The translations under genes and the position numbers were made by a program. The notes below the pieces were generated by a model, which saw only the letters and a program-made list of their open reading frames with translations, had not been told where the DNA came from and made no database searches. A stretch of DNA of 64,000 nt from Lama glama (taxonomy: Eukaryota). Position 1 is the stretch's first letter. The number at the start of each line of letters is the position of its first letter. The stretch lies in NCBI GenBank assembly GCA_028534125.1, contig CM052817.1, forward strand, positions 85,810,001 to 85,874,000, written 5' to 3'. This document shows, one piece after another, positions 1 through 13,789 of this stretch.

Positions 1-1164
1 AATAAGCACATACTACTACTACTTAATTGTTAACATCAGTTAATTCAGTGATGTGATAGAAAATTGAGACACTATTAATTCACACGTATAAATCTGTTTT
101 TACTGAAGTGAAAAACTCACTGAAGATTCCAAGCATATAGCATAGAATATTGGAGGACTAAAATAATCTGTCACTGTAATTTTTTGCCCAGCATTTCATG
201 CTCTCAGTTAATAAAATTATTTGACTTAAACAACTAAAAAAGCAACTTCTATATTGTTCATACTGTGAAACAAAAAATAGCTATCTCCTCTTTGTACTTC
301 TTTTGACAGAATTAAATTACATTTCTGATGTGTCAAACTGGAGAATATCTTGTTGGCTTCTGACACGGTGCAACACAAATATATGTGACAAATTACAGAT
401 CTTTTTAATATTAAATACTAGCTATCAATTCACACATCTGTAGCAATAGTTTGGATTTTTAAAAAGTGGCAAGTGGAAAATAGCCTAAGTAATATATGTT
501 CACATAAAGCATGAGCAAGTTATTTTTCGTCTGTCTCGTCTTCTAAAAATCCAAAACTTCTTCTAACTTATTCTGTGTTTTTTATTTAGAACTATTTGCA
601 ATATAGCATTTCTGTAAAGTTTTACGACTCTCAATTATAGTATAATACTGGACTCTATATTGGTACTATCGATATAGTATAATGACAAGTTTGCAAATTT
701 AAATTAATTCCTTTGGTGTCAATATTCTTAAAATTTAAAAGAAAAGAGGAAGTAGTTACCATTATCTGTCATAATTATTATATTAGAAAACATGTGCTTA
801 CTTAAATAATATATGTGCATTCATAGTGAGGATGTAGATGTGAAGATCATCAAAGTAAGGCAGAGACAAAGTAAGGATGGAGGAGGGAGGAGGCCGGGAG
901 GGACAGGAGGAGAGAGAGAGACAACTGATATATTGGATGTTGGACTTCGACAACATGCAGAATTTGAATCATTCTGGTATACTAAATCTTCCTCTGAGAA
1001 AAAATATCCTATCCACACTTCGTAACAAGTCCCATGCCATGCACTAGGTGATACTGCCATCCTGTGCGTCACTAGTTGAGTCAGATATTGACACCTAAGC
1101 CAGGGAGCCTTCCTCATCTGCCCAGTGGTCAGTAGGGTGACGTGTGAAAGACAGTATTAAGTAG

Positions 1165-1340
1165 CGTGTTAAGTTCTGTCCTGTCTTCATTACTTACTAG
1201 CTATGTGATCTTGGGCAAGTTATTTAACTTCTTTTCATTTTAATTTTATCATCTCTAAAATAAAGAAAATATTATGAACTTCGAGTAAGTTTTTTAAGGA
1301 AGAATTAAGCTAATATCTCTGAAAATTTAGAACAGGTAAT
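1165..1340 (+). mobile_element. MIR SINE
   Basis: MIR core-like 'cttactagctatgtgatcttgggcaagttatttaacttc...atctctaaaat'. Confidence 0.8.
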
Positions 1341-2079
1341 AATATATAATAAAGAGGCCATATTGTGTAGTGACTAATGGATCAAATCAGACTCTTTCTT
1401 AGTGAGTTGTAGGCACAAAGGGGTTGCGAAGGGGTGAGAATGGTCAGTACAGCAGTATACTGAGGTAGAAATCATGATCCCTCAAAGATCTGTAGGCTTG
1501 AAAAAAAATGTGTAAATTGATGCCCTAGATCTCTAGTATCAGCGTCTCTTTGAGAGGTTTTCAATACCTTTAGGTCTTACAACAGAGAAAATCTTTTAGA
1601 ATGTATGGAATGTGATCGGGTGGGTACCAGTGCACTAGAGTGGGGCGATTATGAGCAGTTCTAAGAGAATAAAATGATGAAGTGCTAGTGAAACACTCAT
1701 GATAGCCCAATTATCAAGAAGTTTAATTACAGAACTGGTAATTAGTGTTTCATGCTCCTTATGTCTCCATTTATTCTTACAAACCAAAATGCCTATCACT
1801 TAAAGGCATACGACACAGCTCTGTTCTTCGAAACCTGGAGGAGTCATATTTAATACTCTACCTAATCTATGATGGTCCTCAGATTTATACCAAAAGATGA
1901 TTAGAGTTGCATGTGTGGTGAAGAAATCTACTGCAATAGAATGCAATTGGAGAGAAAATACTACATCTTAAGTTGTCAGATATGCATGCCTGGTCCAGGG
2001 TTGTAAGTCGGGATCAGAGGGAAGGGAGGATTCACAGTAGCACAGAATGAGCATTCTCGTCACTAGTGTATGTGAGAAG

Positions 2080-2420
2080 TGTTTCAGTTCAGATGTAGCC
2101 ATTTTCAGCGGTCTAACAAAACGGGTTTATTTTGTATTCATGTAGTGATGCAAATCGGTGCCAGTCAGTTAGTGAGTTGTCTGGTGGGTGGCTGTCCTTC
2201 AGGAAGTGATTCAAGGACTCTTCTCCCACTGACTCTGCCCTGTCCGTCATCACCTGCATCAAGTCAAGGAAAAAAAAAAAAAGGAAAGGGAAGATAAGGC
2301 ATTTACCTCAGTGAATCCCTGGTCTGGAAGTCACACACAGCAACTCTTTTGGCCTCTTATTGGAGGATTCAAGGCTATGGACAAATAGAATGCAAGAGAA
2401 AAAGGAGCCAGCAAGCTGTT
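2080..2420 (-). mobile_element. Old MaLR LTR (MLT1K/L-like)
   Basis: Degenerate 'ggaagtcacacacagcaactc...ttattgg...gaatgcaagag' resembles the antisense MLT1K/L block. Confidence 0.55.
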
Positions 2421-3049
2421 AACAACCTGGAAAGAGGGTTAGAGATTTCCACGGTGAAAAACCTTCCGTGAAACATGTCAAATAAAATGACATTTTGAGA
2501 GCAGGGCAGCCCTTTCTTGGATGGCAGAATGATGGGGGATTTGTCAGCCATCACAGGGCTCAGACAAATTTTAGCATTGTGAGAAAGAAAAGAAAATCCA
2601 ATGAAGAAGTGAAGAATGGGGTAAAAAGATTTTTCTTCCTCTAATAGAGTAAAATTCCAAATTAGATAAACATACCAACAAACACCAAATAAAAAACTTT
2701 ATTGGTTTGAAAGGAAATATATCATCATTATTTCATATTTTCAGGCATTTACTTAATAAAGGCTTAAGTAATATTTTAAGTAGTGATATAATTTTTCAAA
2801 TTATACTTTTAAAATTAATTAACCAAATTGTTAGATTCATTTTTAAAATGGACCTAGACTTTACCTATCTAGTTTAGTAACCCATGAAATGCAGAAAATA
2901 TTAAGATATCATTGAATATCTTGTCCTTAAAGAGCTGTGTTTGAAGGGTTTCACTGGCAAGAAAGTATTTTTTTTAGGTGTCTTATTCCACAAGTAGGTA
3001 ACTGTAACATATTTAAAGATATGCATTATATTCAAGTAATAAGATTATC

Positions 3050-3255
3050 TGTCTTAATTCCTGGGTTTCTGTAAAAAGACATTGCAGACTGTGTGGCTTA
3101 TAAACAACAGGATTTTATTTATCAAGTTTCTGGAGGCTGGAAGTCTGAGATCAGGGCGCCAGCTCTGTTCCTGATCACTGCTGATGGACAGCTCAGACGG
3201 TCAAGGTGGAGATGGGGTTCTCTGATGCCACCAATTTCTTGCCTTATAAGAGCAG
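3050..3255 (-). mobile_element. MaLR LTR fragment (MLT1A/B-like)
   Basis: 'ggcttataaacaacag...ttctggaggctggaagtctgagatcaggg' is the hallmark antisense MLT1/MST terminus. Confidence 0.8.
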
Positions 3256-3639
3256 AGTTCACATAAAGATATGTAAATTGAAGCACTAAAAACAGCTTCT
3301 GGCATCCAAATAACAGGGGGCTGCTAATTAAACCAGAATGTATAGTATTTTTTCCTGCAATTCTTATCTTCTTAGGCAAATTGCACTTTAGTCTAAACAA
3401 TACCAATGTGCTGATCATGCTAAAGATTTCCATTTATTTTACTACTGAACATTAAATTAATAAAATTTGAGCAAATGGATTACTTGGGCCTTAGTAAAAT
3501 GCCTTTTGTAGTATTCAATATCTGAAATCACAATATGCTAAACCAAAATGAAGCAACAAACAGACCGGAAAAAGCACACTATTTTATTGACATCTGCAGT
3601 AATTTTGAATAAACTGATGACACATGATTGTGGTTTTTG

Positions 3640-5418
3640 TTTGGTATACTGTTGATATTTTCATGTTTTATTTTCTGGAAGAAACCTCTTCTTTTCTCTT
3701 AAGCAATATATAACAATATTTAAGTAAAATATGCTTTTTAAAACAGAAATGAAGGATTTGTAAGATGTATTTTTTTCCTCCTTGTATGACCCTCCTGAAT
3801 TTGGAAACCCTTATTCTGTATTGTTATTTTCATGGCAATATAATTATTTACATAAGTTCAGTAAGAATCTGTTCTCCTTTATACAAGGATATAATTGAAA
3901 ACATTGCTTATGTAACCAAGTCCTTGCTTTGAATGCCATATTTGAGAATAATGCTAATATACTCTGATATGAGCCAACACTTTTAAGAAACTATGTTTAA
4001 CTTTATGGAGGCAATGCTTACAAAATCTCTTTGGGAAAATTGGCCTGGTATCTGGCTTAGAGTTTTCAGTCTTTCAGGTGAGTGAAAAAGATAATTTTTT
4101 TGGCAAGTCCAAGAAATTTACCATATTTTAGGGTCATCTAGGAGAGAGAAATTTGCCCAGACTTATAGGTACTACTGGTGAGATCTGATGGAAAACTTAC
4201 AGCTTGGTTTCCTAGCCTCAAGATGGTTTTAAAAGTCCAATCTCATGCTCCTTATGAAATCTTCCAGCGAAATAATCTTCCAGTGAAATAAACTTATGAA
4301 TAGCTATAGAATAAATTATCATTCTAACCCAAATCTAATGACACCAGTCTTATTTATAGTAAAGAACAATCTCTCTTTGAGATTTTTTTTGTTCAAAAGA
4401 AGGGTAATTATAGTGTGAAATTTTACAAAAAATGGAAAATATACATCTTCTATAGTGCAGCCTTCCCAGTTATCAGACTGAAACCACATTTATAGTCTTT
4501 AAGCAGTTTCGTGCCTTTTTGTAAATTACAAGTAACTGATGGATATGGAAATTCTGTCTTAGCTGGATAAAATTCAGTTGACCGATTTCCCTCCTTCCTT
4601 AGAAAAAAAACACAATTTTGTTACCTTACTACAAGACCCTGTTACCTTGCCCAAATTGTTCATCCTTAACAAATTTTCAATTCTTTGGCTACATACATCT
4701 CTCCAACCTTACTTTTCCCATTTTTCTTCCTTGGGCCTGACTCAGCATCACTGAGAACTAAAAGCTGACTTCTCAGCTCCCCATTTAGACTCTCCAGCTT
4801 GCCCTTTTATCCTATGAATGTAAACAAGCTCTGTGAACTGAATGAAACTCAACGACTTCTACCACAGGACTTGCCCCAAAAGCAAGCTATGGATGGGCCA
4901 GTTTTTCAATGGACAAGCTGCTATGTGGGTCACTAAGAAAGTCTGATGAAATTTTTGGAACATGTAGGTCCTTATGTAAAAAATACACAAGACTTTGGAC
5001 AATAGCACCAGGAGCCTGACATCTTAGCGTGAGACCTTCAAGAAACTCCAGCAGTGGTGCTGCATGATTGAAAGGTTTCCCTTTATAGAGCTCTTTAAAC
5101 GCATGATGTAAGAATCTTCCGGTAACTCCAGAACTCTAATACGACTTCTTATGTTTATATTTCTCTTTTTTCATTTAGATGCCTGTTCTCCAAGACCCTA
5201 AAAAAAAAAAAAACAAACAAGCAAAACAAAACAAAAACCCCTGGGCTTTACCACCACCATTTAACTGATGATCCAACTAGTGTTATGGGACAAACTCCAA
5301 CAAGAATCCTTCAGAAACTGTCTTAAATCCTGTTTCACTTTACTCCAGAGGCTAAATTTTGCCTCTGACCTGTTCAGTGACAAATTATATTTATTCTCTT
5401 AATTAAAAAAAAAGAAAT
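3640..5418 (+). mobile_element. ERV1 non-autonomous internal sequence (MER4-group-like), 3' part
   Basis: 'ttttcatggcaatataattatttacataagttcagtaagaatctgttctc' is typical of MER4-group internal sequences; ends in a purine run just before an LTR; no ORF. Confidence 0.65.
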
Positions 5419-5768
5419 TGACAAGTTGAATTTGATTTGAGTCTTGTACTCCCAGAAGACAGTGATGGCTGAGAAATCTCATCCTAATGTGATCCCACGA
5501 ACAGCTAATTGCAGAAAGGCCATCCGGCTCTCTCATATCCGAGAAGACCTGCCTTCACCTTCCCTTAGTAACTAGATTAAGACCAGTCTCCATCCTTCCT
5601 TATGACTCTTGTAAGACTCAATGATGACTCCCTTGTTTACCTGCCTCTAGAAAATTCCAGGTTGCTCTCCTTTTCTTGAAGACATTTTTCATAATGAGCA
5701 TTCTCCTTATTGCAGTAGTCTGAATAAAGTCATCTCCTTTATTGTTCCATGGATTTTTGTCTTTCGCA
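5419..5768 (+). mobile_element. ERV1 3' LTR (MER31/MER34/MER67-like)
   Basis: TG...CA termini; 'attgcagtagtctgaataaagtc' polyA-signal block; directly follows the internal sequence. Confidence 0.65.
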
Positions 5769-6714
5769 CTTTACTGCCACCAAATTTACTATCCAGATAT
5801 ACAAGTTCTTTAATGCTAAACTTATCTAATTTTAAAGCATAAGTTACACAAATCCTGTTGGAAATCTTTCTACACACTGAAGTATGGGCAAGATTCCTAC
5901 CATAGACAAGATGGCAGTGAAATAGGATGGGCACACTCAACCACAGTAATTGATTATTTGTTACTATTTTTACTTGCTAACTTGGAATAATAGCAATGCT
6001 GATTCATCTAAAACTGTATTATGAATGCTGAATGACAGCTTTATATTGGTTTGTTTGTTGCAATTAAAACAAAAGTTATGGTATAGAAGAAGAAATTGTG
6101 AAGGCTATATTGATTCAATTAGATCAAAGAAGTGAAAGTTACCTCAGTATTGTGTATGTGTGTGTTTGCATATGTGTGTGTGTGTGTCTGCGTGTTTTAA
6201 ACCAACAATGGAAAGGAAGACCTAGATTTTATTAAATTACAATGCCTTGGTTTTAGTTGTTCTGAAATCATGACTTTGAAGTATCTGTAACATCTGCATA
6301 CCACCCCCTCCAACCAACTCTCAATTGCCACTCTCCAACTTGCTAACCTTGTCACACCTGACGGTGAACAAAAGCACTTAGTCTCTGATACGTGCTTCAC
6401 AATATAAGTCAATATAACAATAATTCAAAGATTATTACTGACCCAGATATGATAGTCCAACCATTAGTTATGCTCATTGCTAATAATAGGTTTTTGAGGC
6501 AGGAGATGTATGTATGTCCTCAGAAGAAGGCTATTTCAACGATAAATAACAACTCCATTTTTCTGTTCAGAAATAACCTTGTCTATGGCACCAAAAAACA
6601 AACCAGAGACTGTTTGGATCATCAATGAAAACTTGCTCAATAGCAACATAAGTTGTACTTGTAGTAGGAATATTTCCAGTTTTGGTTAAAGACATCTAGA
6701 GCGGTTCTTGCAAA

Positions 6715-6718
<4 letters not shown>

Positions 6719-6758
<40 letters not shown>
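6719..6758. repeat. (GT)20 microsatellite
   Basis: Perfect dinucleotide run. Confidence 0.97.
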
Positions 6759-6760
<2 letters not shown>

Positions 6761-7459
6761 TGGTTTCAGCTATTCACTTATAATGTTATAAGTATTATAA
6801 AAACTTTAAATGCTACAAATGCTAACTTAGTCTTTAACCACTCATGGGAAATAAACTTGATACAATTCATTGCTTTTAATTTTTAAAATCAGAATTAGGT
6901 GTGCGTGTGTCTATGTGTATGTAGTAGTATGTCATTGTGATTGAGCAAATGTCAAAAGCATGTAACTGAGTGAGATTCTGTTACTGCACAAACACCCTAT
7001 CTGAAGGGCTTTCCAGACATCAGATGGGTACATGAATGGAATGTTTATTCTTGTTTAGACATTTTTTAAAAAGACCTAATACAGGCATAGAAATTACAAA
7101 TTCAAAAAGTTACATGAAAACTTTACCTGTGTCAGTCATTTTGGCAAATTCCACTTACCTATTTCCCTATCAAAAATAATAGATACCAATTTTTGATGTT
7201 TTAAAATTGAATCCCTTTGTTTTCTAAACCCATTACAAATGAAAATTTAATGTGATATAGCTATATTTTAATATAAGTATATAATTTAATGATGTCAAAG
7301 GATAATACGGATTTATTTAGTTTCAAATACATTGTATGTATAAAAAGATAACACTTTAAACTATAATATATTGTTTATCACAAACTTTGAAGTCACTTAG
7401 TTATCTTCAAAGACTCAATTGAACTTGGTGTCTACTTTCCATGGCAGATGAAAGAAGAT

Positions 7460-7540
7460 GAGACTGTTCCTGTCTTCTATTTACAGTAATTAGCACAGTA
7501 TGTAATCCACACTCAATATGTTTTTGAGTGGATGAATGGA
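7460..7540 (+). mobile_element. L2 3' terminus
   Basis: 'tagcacagta...cactcaatatgtttttgagtggatgaatgg'. Confidence 0.6.
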
Positions 7541-7764
7541 CAGGTAAGTTCATAAATACACAAGTTCATATAAATGTTGTATAATCCTCTAAAATCCTCA
7601 TCTCTCCTTCAGATTTCTCTTCAGCCAATTAGATATGTGGAAGAAATGTCTGCTACTACTATGTCTAAAAAGCTAAATGAATACATAAGTAGAGAAAGCA
7701 AAGCAGCTTTTATTGTACAGTATGCTAAAATTCTGTAGCTGGTTATACGATACAACGTTTTTGT

Positions 7765-7897
7765 TGTTAGAAAAAGGAGTAACTGAGGACCAGTCAACAT
7801 TCCGTAACTCACATAGTATCACACAGCTAGCAGGAGGCAGAGTTCAACCACAGACAAGGACTATGCTGTCTTCATAGTCCAAGATCTTTTCATTACA
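7765..7897 (-). mobile_element. MIR fragment
   Basis: 'aactgagg...tcacacagctagcaggaggcagag' antisense MIR. Confidence 0.6.
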
Positions 7898-9589
7898 GCA
7901 TTCTAAGGTAAGAGGAGCTGGAGTGTGTGTGAATGGGATTCACAGGCAAAAACTTATGGAATGCAAAGCCTAAAGGTTGTACTTAAACACTGCAATTACA
8001 GAATCAGTTAATGAATGTTAAATGAAAACCACCTTTCTCAATAACTTAACTGGTTCCCTATAATTTGATATATTTTGTGTTTCTAGCATAATTAGGCTCC
8101 CACTTAATGGCTAGAACTTTAGAGAGTTAACAAGAACACATATGTATTTATATATGAACATGTATATATATTCTCATTAAAGCATATTGCTTTGCTGTGC
8201 CTGTGTGTGAGTCTGTAAATGTGATTTTGAGTGTTTGAGAGGAGGAAAAGAGTAAGACCAAGGGCAGCAAGGAAAATACAGAAGGGCTAGCGAGAGGAGA
8301 ATCTAAATATTTTTAAAATGGTATTTATCCCTTCTGTTCTAATCCTTGTATACTTCAAGTTTTCTTCATAAGAGATAATGCAGATGATAATAAATTCAGA
8401 AGCACTACAATATAGATTTTTAGCCAGCGCCTTTCAAACTTACCCATGAGGTCATTTTCCTTAACAAAAAGTACACATTACACTAAAGAGATATGTAATT
8501 TTACCAAAAAAGTGAAGATTTATATTAGACATAATGATAAAGTCAACTACACTTAAAAATTCTATACAGTACTAACTCTTGAAACTTCTGAATGCCCATA
8601 ACAGTTTAAACATATGTTCACTATGCATCATTTTTATCCCAGCAGGAAATGGTAATACGGTACATCATACGAGTACCATAATGGATGTAAAGTGAATATT
8701 AGTTACCTGAAACGATGGAAGGTGTCACTTCCACTGCACAGGGAAATCATGAAGGTAGTGAGATTGAATTGCATTGTGCAAGTCCTAGCGTCTGCTAAAC
8801 TACTGGGTGAGAAATAGCAAGTGTATGCTTTCTTGATATGTTGAGTATTCTGGCCTGGAAGCAGAATGTGAGGGAGGACTATGTGGACATAAAGAAATTT
8901 AAACAAAAAGAGATGGATGGAACAAAAAGAGAGTTTACTTGGGGGGAAATGTAAGCAAAAAAGGAAGAGAAAGATTGGGTACAAAAACTCAGTCACTACC
9001 TACTGAGTATTTTTTTCTAAAAGCAGACAACTCTGATACGTAAAAAAATGTAAGTCTTAAGCCCAAAATAATCCAGGAGACTGTAAATACTTATATATAC
9101 CTGGAAAAGAGACACACATACAAATTTGAGGGTTAATTCCAATTATATATGAGGGTTTTTGACTGATGCTGATTCAAGGGAGACTAAATGTAACAGTTAA
9201 GTATTTATATTTATCTATGTATTTACTCATTGATATTTCATGTGCATGGTAAGAACAATGATGAAAATAGACACTATAAATAGTGACACTTGAAATGACC
9301 CCATTTTGGTAGAAGTGTGGTGGTGGTGCTTGTGTCTGTGTGAACCTGTATAACTGATAATGGGCTTCATATATTCTCAAATAAGTTGTTTATTCAAAAT
9401 AAAATTGAACAGCCTCTAAGACATTATTCTGAAAGTATTTACTCACTCTTTTTTGTTTTTTACAATTCATCAACTGAATTCCATATTTTTGGGTTTGCTA
9501 TTTTCAAACAGTGTGAAGGACAGAGGTGGAACAGAAAACAAAGTTGGGCACAGGTGTTTTAAGAGGTAACATCAAGTGCACTTGTCAGG

Positions 9590-9775
9590 TTCTCTTTGAA
9601 ACCAGACAAAGCTTAATGCTGAATATCGATAGTAGTAGTGTGGCTTTAGACATATTATTTCATCATCTTCTGTTTCTTATTTGTATAATCTGAATTGTGG
9701 AATATATTTCATGGGGAATGATGAGGATTAAAATTTAACTCTCAATATAATGCCTGTCACGGAGTAAAACCTCCG
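9590..9775 (+). mobile_element. MIR SINE
   Basis: 'tgtggctttagac...tctgtttcttatttgtataat...atgaggattaaa...aatgcctgtcac'. Confidence 0.65.
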
Positions 9776-9999
9776 TGTTTAGAAATTGTTAGAAAATGTC
9801 TAGAAACTTCTTATAGAAGTGCACAAATTAAATTTGTAGATTTTCTTTGATAGACCAAAAATATGTAACTGCACATGGAGGGAGTGATTATGGAAATTAA
9901 TCACAACTTAAGCAACAGCAATGCAAAAATTTCTTCCCTTGCATTTTCACTTGACATAATTTTCTATGCATTTATTACTCATGCAGACACATTCAGAGA

Positions 10000-11440
10000 C
10001 ACACGTGCTGAGATGTTTTTAATGAAATACCTCTGTGCATGTTCTACAATGTCTTATTCCCATTCATCAGTGTATAGTTGAGGTCTCCCCATATCACTGC
10101 TTCTAAATATACACACATTAGATGGACTTTCATATCATGGCTGTACCAATGTTTAAATAAATTACTCACTTTTGATGGTAATAAGATTGTTTCAGAAATT
10201 TGTTTTTACAGTCATTTTTTATATTCTCATTTATGTACAAATGCTATTTTTTTCTGCTTAGTTGAGTTTATAGACTTTAAAAATTATTGGTAAAAATAAA
10301 CAAAGCTATCTCCAAAAAAAAAAAAAAACCAGTTTAGCCATCAATTCACAATCCCACTGCTATTAAAAGAGTGTCTTTATCCCCCATTTTCTCTAATTCT
10401 AGATTTAACAGTCTTTTAAATGCTTGCCAAATTACAGGGATGGAGTTTTATTTTTCCAAGTTTCACATTCCTAATTACTAGTAAAACCAATCACTTTATA
10501 TGTTAACTAACAATTTGTATTTCTTGTGTATGTTTGTCACATTTTGTTCATAATCATTTACTTATTTTCCTATTAGTAATTTTATTTTCTTAATTTTAAG
10601 AACTCCTTGGTTACACATATTGAAAATACTACATATCCAGTCTGTCACTTGATTTTTTACCTGATATATACTATCTTTTGTTTTTCTTGAGTTTTGTATT
10701 ATATATACTGAAATATGTCATCTTTTCTTTAGGAATCCTGAAGTTTTCCCTTGATCTTGGGAAATTTTCCCAAGATCTCCAATATTCAACATGATTTTTA
10801 AAATAGTCTCCTGATTTTTCCATAGTTATTTTAAAGTGTTTTTAAACATTTACATTAGAAGTGCCTTTTGATACATCATAAACTGAGTATACTACAGTAA
10901 AACTTTTAAAAATAATAAAACATAAAAAAGAATATGAAGATGAATATGGAATATGAAAAGGAATATATATGTATATGTATGACTGAAACATTATGCTGCA
11001 TGCCAGAAATTGACACATTGTAAACTGACTATATGACAACTAAAAAATAAAAAATAAAGAAGTTGCCTTTAGTTCAGTTTGAGTATAATGTTAGGTAGGG
11101 ACTTTGTTTTTTTTCCAAAATGGATATCAAAATAGCCTGCAAGTGTTTACTAAATTGTCTATCTTCCTCTATATTTGAAATATCAAATATCCATAAGCCG
11201 ACTTCACTATCTGAAACAACACTATCTGAATCTCTTTTTGGATTATTTTGTTTATCGATATATCTATATCCCTGACCAACATCAGAGTGTTTTCATTGTG
11301 ATTGTCTTACAGTGCTTTGATATTGTGTAGGGCTAGTAACACTCTTGCTATTTTTCAAAGCAGTTTGCCAATTACATTTTTCACAGAAGAAATTTCAAGT
11401 CAACTTCTTAAATAGCATGAAAGTCATAGCATAGTGCTTT
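10000..11440 (-). mobile_element. Old L1 (L1ME-like) ORF2/3' remnant, interrupted by a younger insert
   Basis: T-rich degenerate antisense L1 sequence; no ORF. Confidence 0.55.
10869..11057 (+). mobile_element. Young L1 3' end(s), very short, with TSD
   Basis: 'gaatatgaaaaggaatatatatgtatatgtatgactgaaacattatgctg...taaactgactat' plus A-tail, matching the other young L1 tails here; flanks agaagtgccttt / agaagttgccttt. Confidence 0.9.
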
Positions 11441-12809
11441 AAATATTTATTCTTTAAAAACGAATAAAGAGATAAAGATTAATGATGTTTGTATTTGCTT
11501 TCCCCACAAAAACCTATGTGAAGATCTTCATCCTACTCTGAGAGCTTTAATATTGACAAATCAGAATGTAATTTACTTGTAAGTACAGCTTTCTGGACCT
11601 ACATTGTCATTCTATGGTTTTCATTATTCAAATTCAATAAAAACTATTCCTAAAAAGTGTCCACTTTGTTCCCAAGAACAAACATTTTCAATTATAAAAT
11701 ACAGTGATTTTTTTTAAAATAAAAGATTTATCCTAAATGTCAGGAATAATATAGATATAGATACATACAGATACATGTTGATACATACTTTAAATATATT
11801 TTAAAATATAAATATTTTGTCATAATAAAATATGTGTCAAAAGTTTGTGGCAAAAAGTTACTGGTGTTATTAAATCATATTCAATTAGTTGCTTTGTTAT
11901 TTGAAGTGTATTTATCTTACACCTGCTAAAGTAAGATTGTGCAGAATTTCAATTGTACCCTAAGTCATATATGAATTCAGTTTGAGACATAGATAGAAGT
12001 ATTGTTTCTGACATTGGAATCAGCAAAGGGTAACAGACAATAACATGGCTGATTACTAAAGTAGAAGATGTAAATTCTGCTACATTTCTATGCATTAAAA
12101 GCCTCAGAATCCCTGAATTTTAATATAAAATACAATGAAGTGTATCAAATGAGATTCCCCTATCTCGCCTAGTAATAATGTGGTTAAATCACAATGTGAA
12201 CACTTTAAAGGGCAAAAAAAAGTCTTTAGAAAACCTTTGCCTCACTAAGTTTCTCATTTTATTTCAAAATCTTATTGAACTTTTCTACACTTTTTTCCAT
12301 GACTGACTTTTACAATATTAGTGTCTTGGTTGTCACCTCACCTACGGAACCAAAGACAAGAATAGTGAATGATTCTAGTAACTGGATGAGATGAAACTAA
12401 AGATGCAGACGTATGTTAAGGAAAAAAAAAAGGATGATCATGCATTTCAGCTGCGACAGGATGTGTGCTTAACCGTGCCCTGTTCATTGTGATGAACAGG
12501 AGTGGCACTTGAATAGCATAAGCTTTTAAAAATACAAAACCATAGCCTATCTTTGCCTCTGAAGGGACTTCAACTTAAAATGAAGCTCCAATTTCTCTAA
12601 TAATTGGTGAAATTTAGATATTACTGTGCTCATGAGACCTCACTTGATTAAGACATAAAATTTCACTAGACAGTTTTAGGCAGTAAGAAAAGAAAGCAGA
12701 GTATCCATTCTTTTGTTTTAAGGATTTAAACCAGCGTTCCCTTCACACTGCTGCGTGGGAAGAAAACACAGAGGCTTATGTAACATGAGTATAATGAAGT
12801 AATCAAGAG

Positions 12810-13045
12810 AAAACATAGTCTAGTGCTTAAGAGGATAGCCTTCGGAGACAGACTTCCTGAATCCGACTCCTTGCTCTAGTGCTTACAACCTGTGTGACTT
12901 TGGGAAAGTTCCTGTATCTCTCTGTGGCTCAGTTTCCTCAACAGTACAATAGGGAAAATAAGAATATGCCCTTTATAAGTTTGCTATAATGATAAAATAC
13001 TTCAAAATTTACAAGAAACTTAGAGAAATGTTCACTTGGTAGAGA
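12810..13045 (+). mobile_element. MIR SINE, near full length
   Basis: 'tgtgtgactttgggaaagttcctgtatctctctgtggctcagtttcctca'. Confidence 0.85.
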
Positions 13046-13271
13046 GAAATTACAATATTTGAATGGGGGGAGAGACATAATATGCTTTTTACTTTTAAAT
13101 ATTTCCAATTGTAGTTTGTGCAGAATGCTTTGTGGGGAGAGAAAAGGGTGTACAGCGGGATAAGTTAAGTGGAAATTCAGGTGATCCCAATTTTAAAAGT
13201 TGGTATTTTGTACCAAATGATTAGAATAAAAAAGGAGCTATGTCTTTATGGAGACAGTCAACAGAGTTCCC

Positions 13272-13785
13272 TGTAGGATGGGTAGGTATGAGGGAGTTTT
13301 TGTTGTTGTTGTTGTTGTCTTACACAGATGAAATGGAGCAGATCTGTTCTTATCTCCAGGGACGCCTGGATGTCTGGTTTTGATACTTGTGCAAAGATAA
13401 GGGCAGCTAAGTAAATAACTAACAAATGATTTATGATGTCTTTTTTATAAGCTAAAGTTCCCTGGGAGCACCCAGGGCTGAGTTTTTTATTGGTGGCTTT
13501 CACCTGACTGACTGGTTAGACAGCTTAGTTTAGCTATAGGACCAAAGAGGAATAAATGGCCCTGCTGTGAACTCCTGCCTTGAACTGTAGTCAAACCACA
13601 ATTTGTCAGACAAATCTTGACGCTTAAATCCAGAGGGAGGAAAAACAAAATGTATCCTGTGCACATAAGGCCTGCTGATGTTTGCCTGCATTCTCTTTGT
13701 CATCATTGAACGTCTTACATGAGCATGCTCTGTGAATTCTTGTGAGTTCTTTCAGAAATCTCCAAGCCTTCTGACTCTTGGCATA
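13272..13785 (+). mobile_element. ERVL-type solo LTR (MER21/MER68/MER77-like)
   Basis: 3' block 'catgagcatgctctgtgaattcttgtgagttctttcagaaatctcc' resembles this family. Confidence 0.55.
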
Positions 13786-13789
13786 GGAT

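Noticed and set aside
5901..5920. CTCF-like agacaagatggcagtg
   Set aside because: Lacks the conserved CC at the 5' side of the core.
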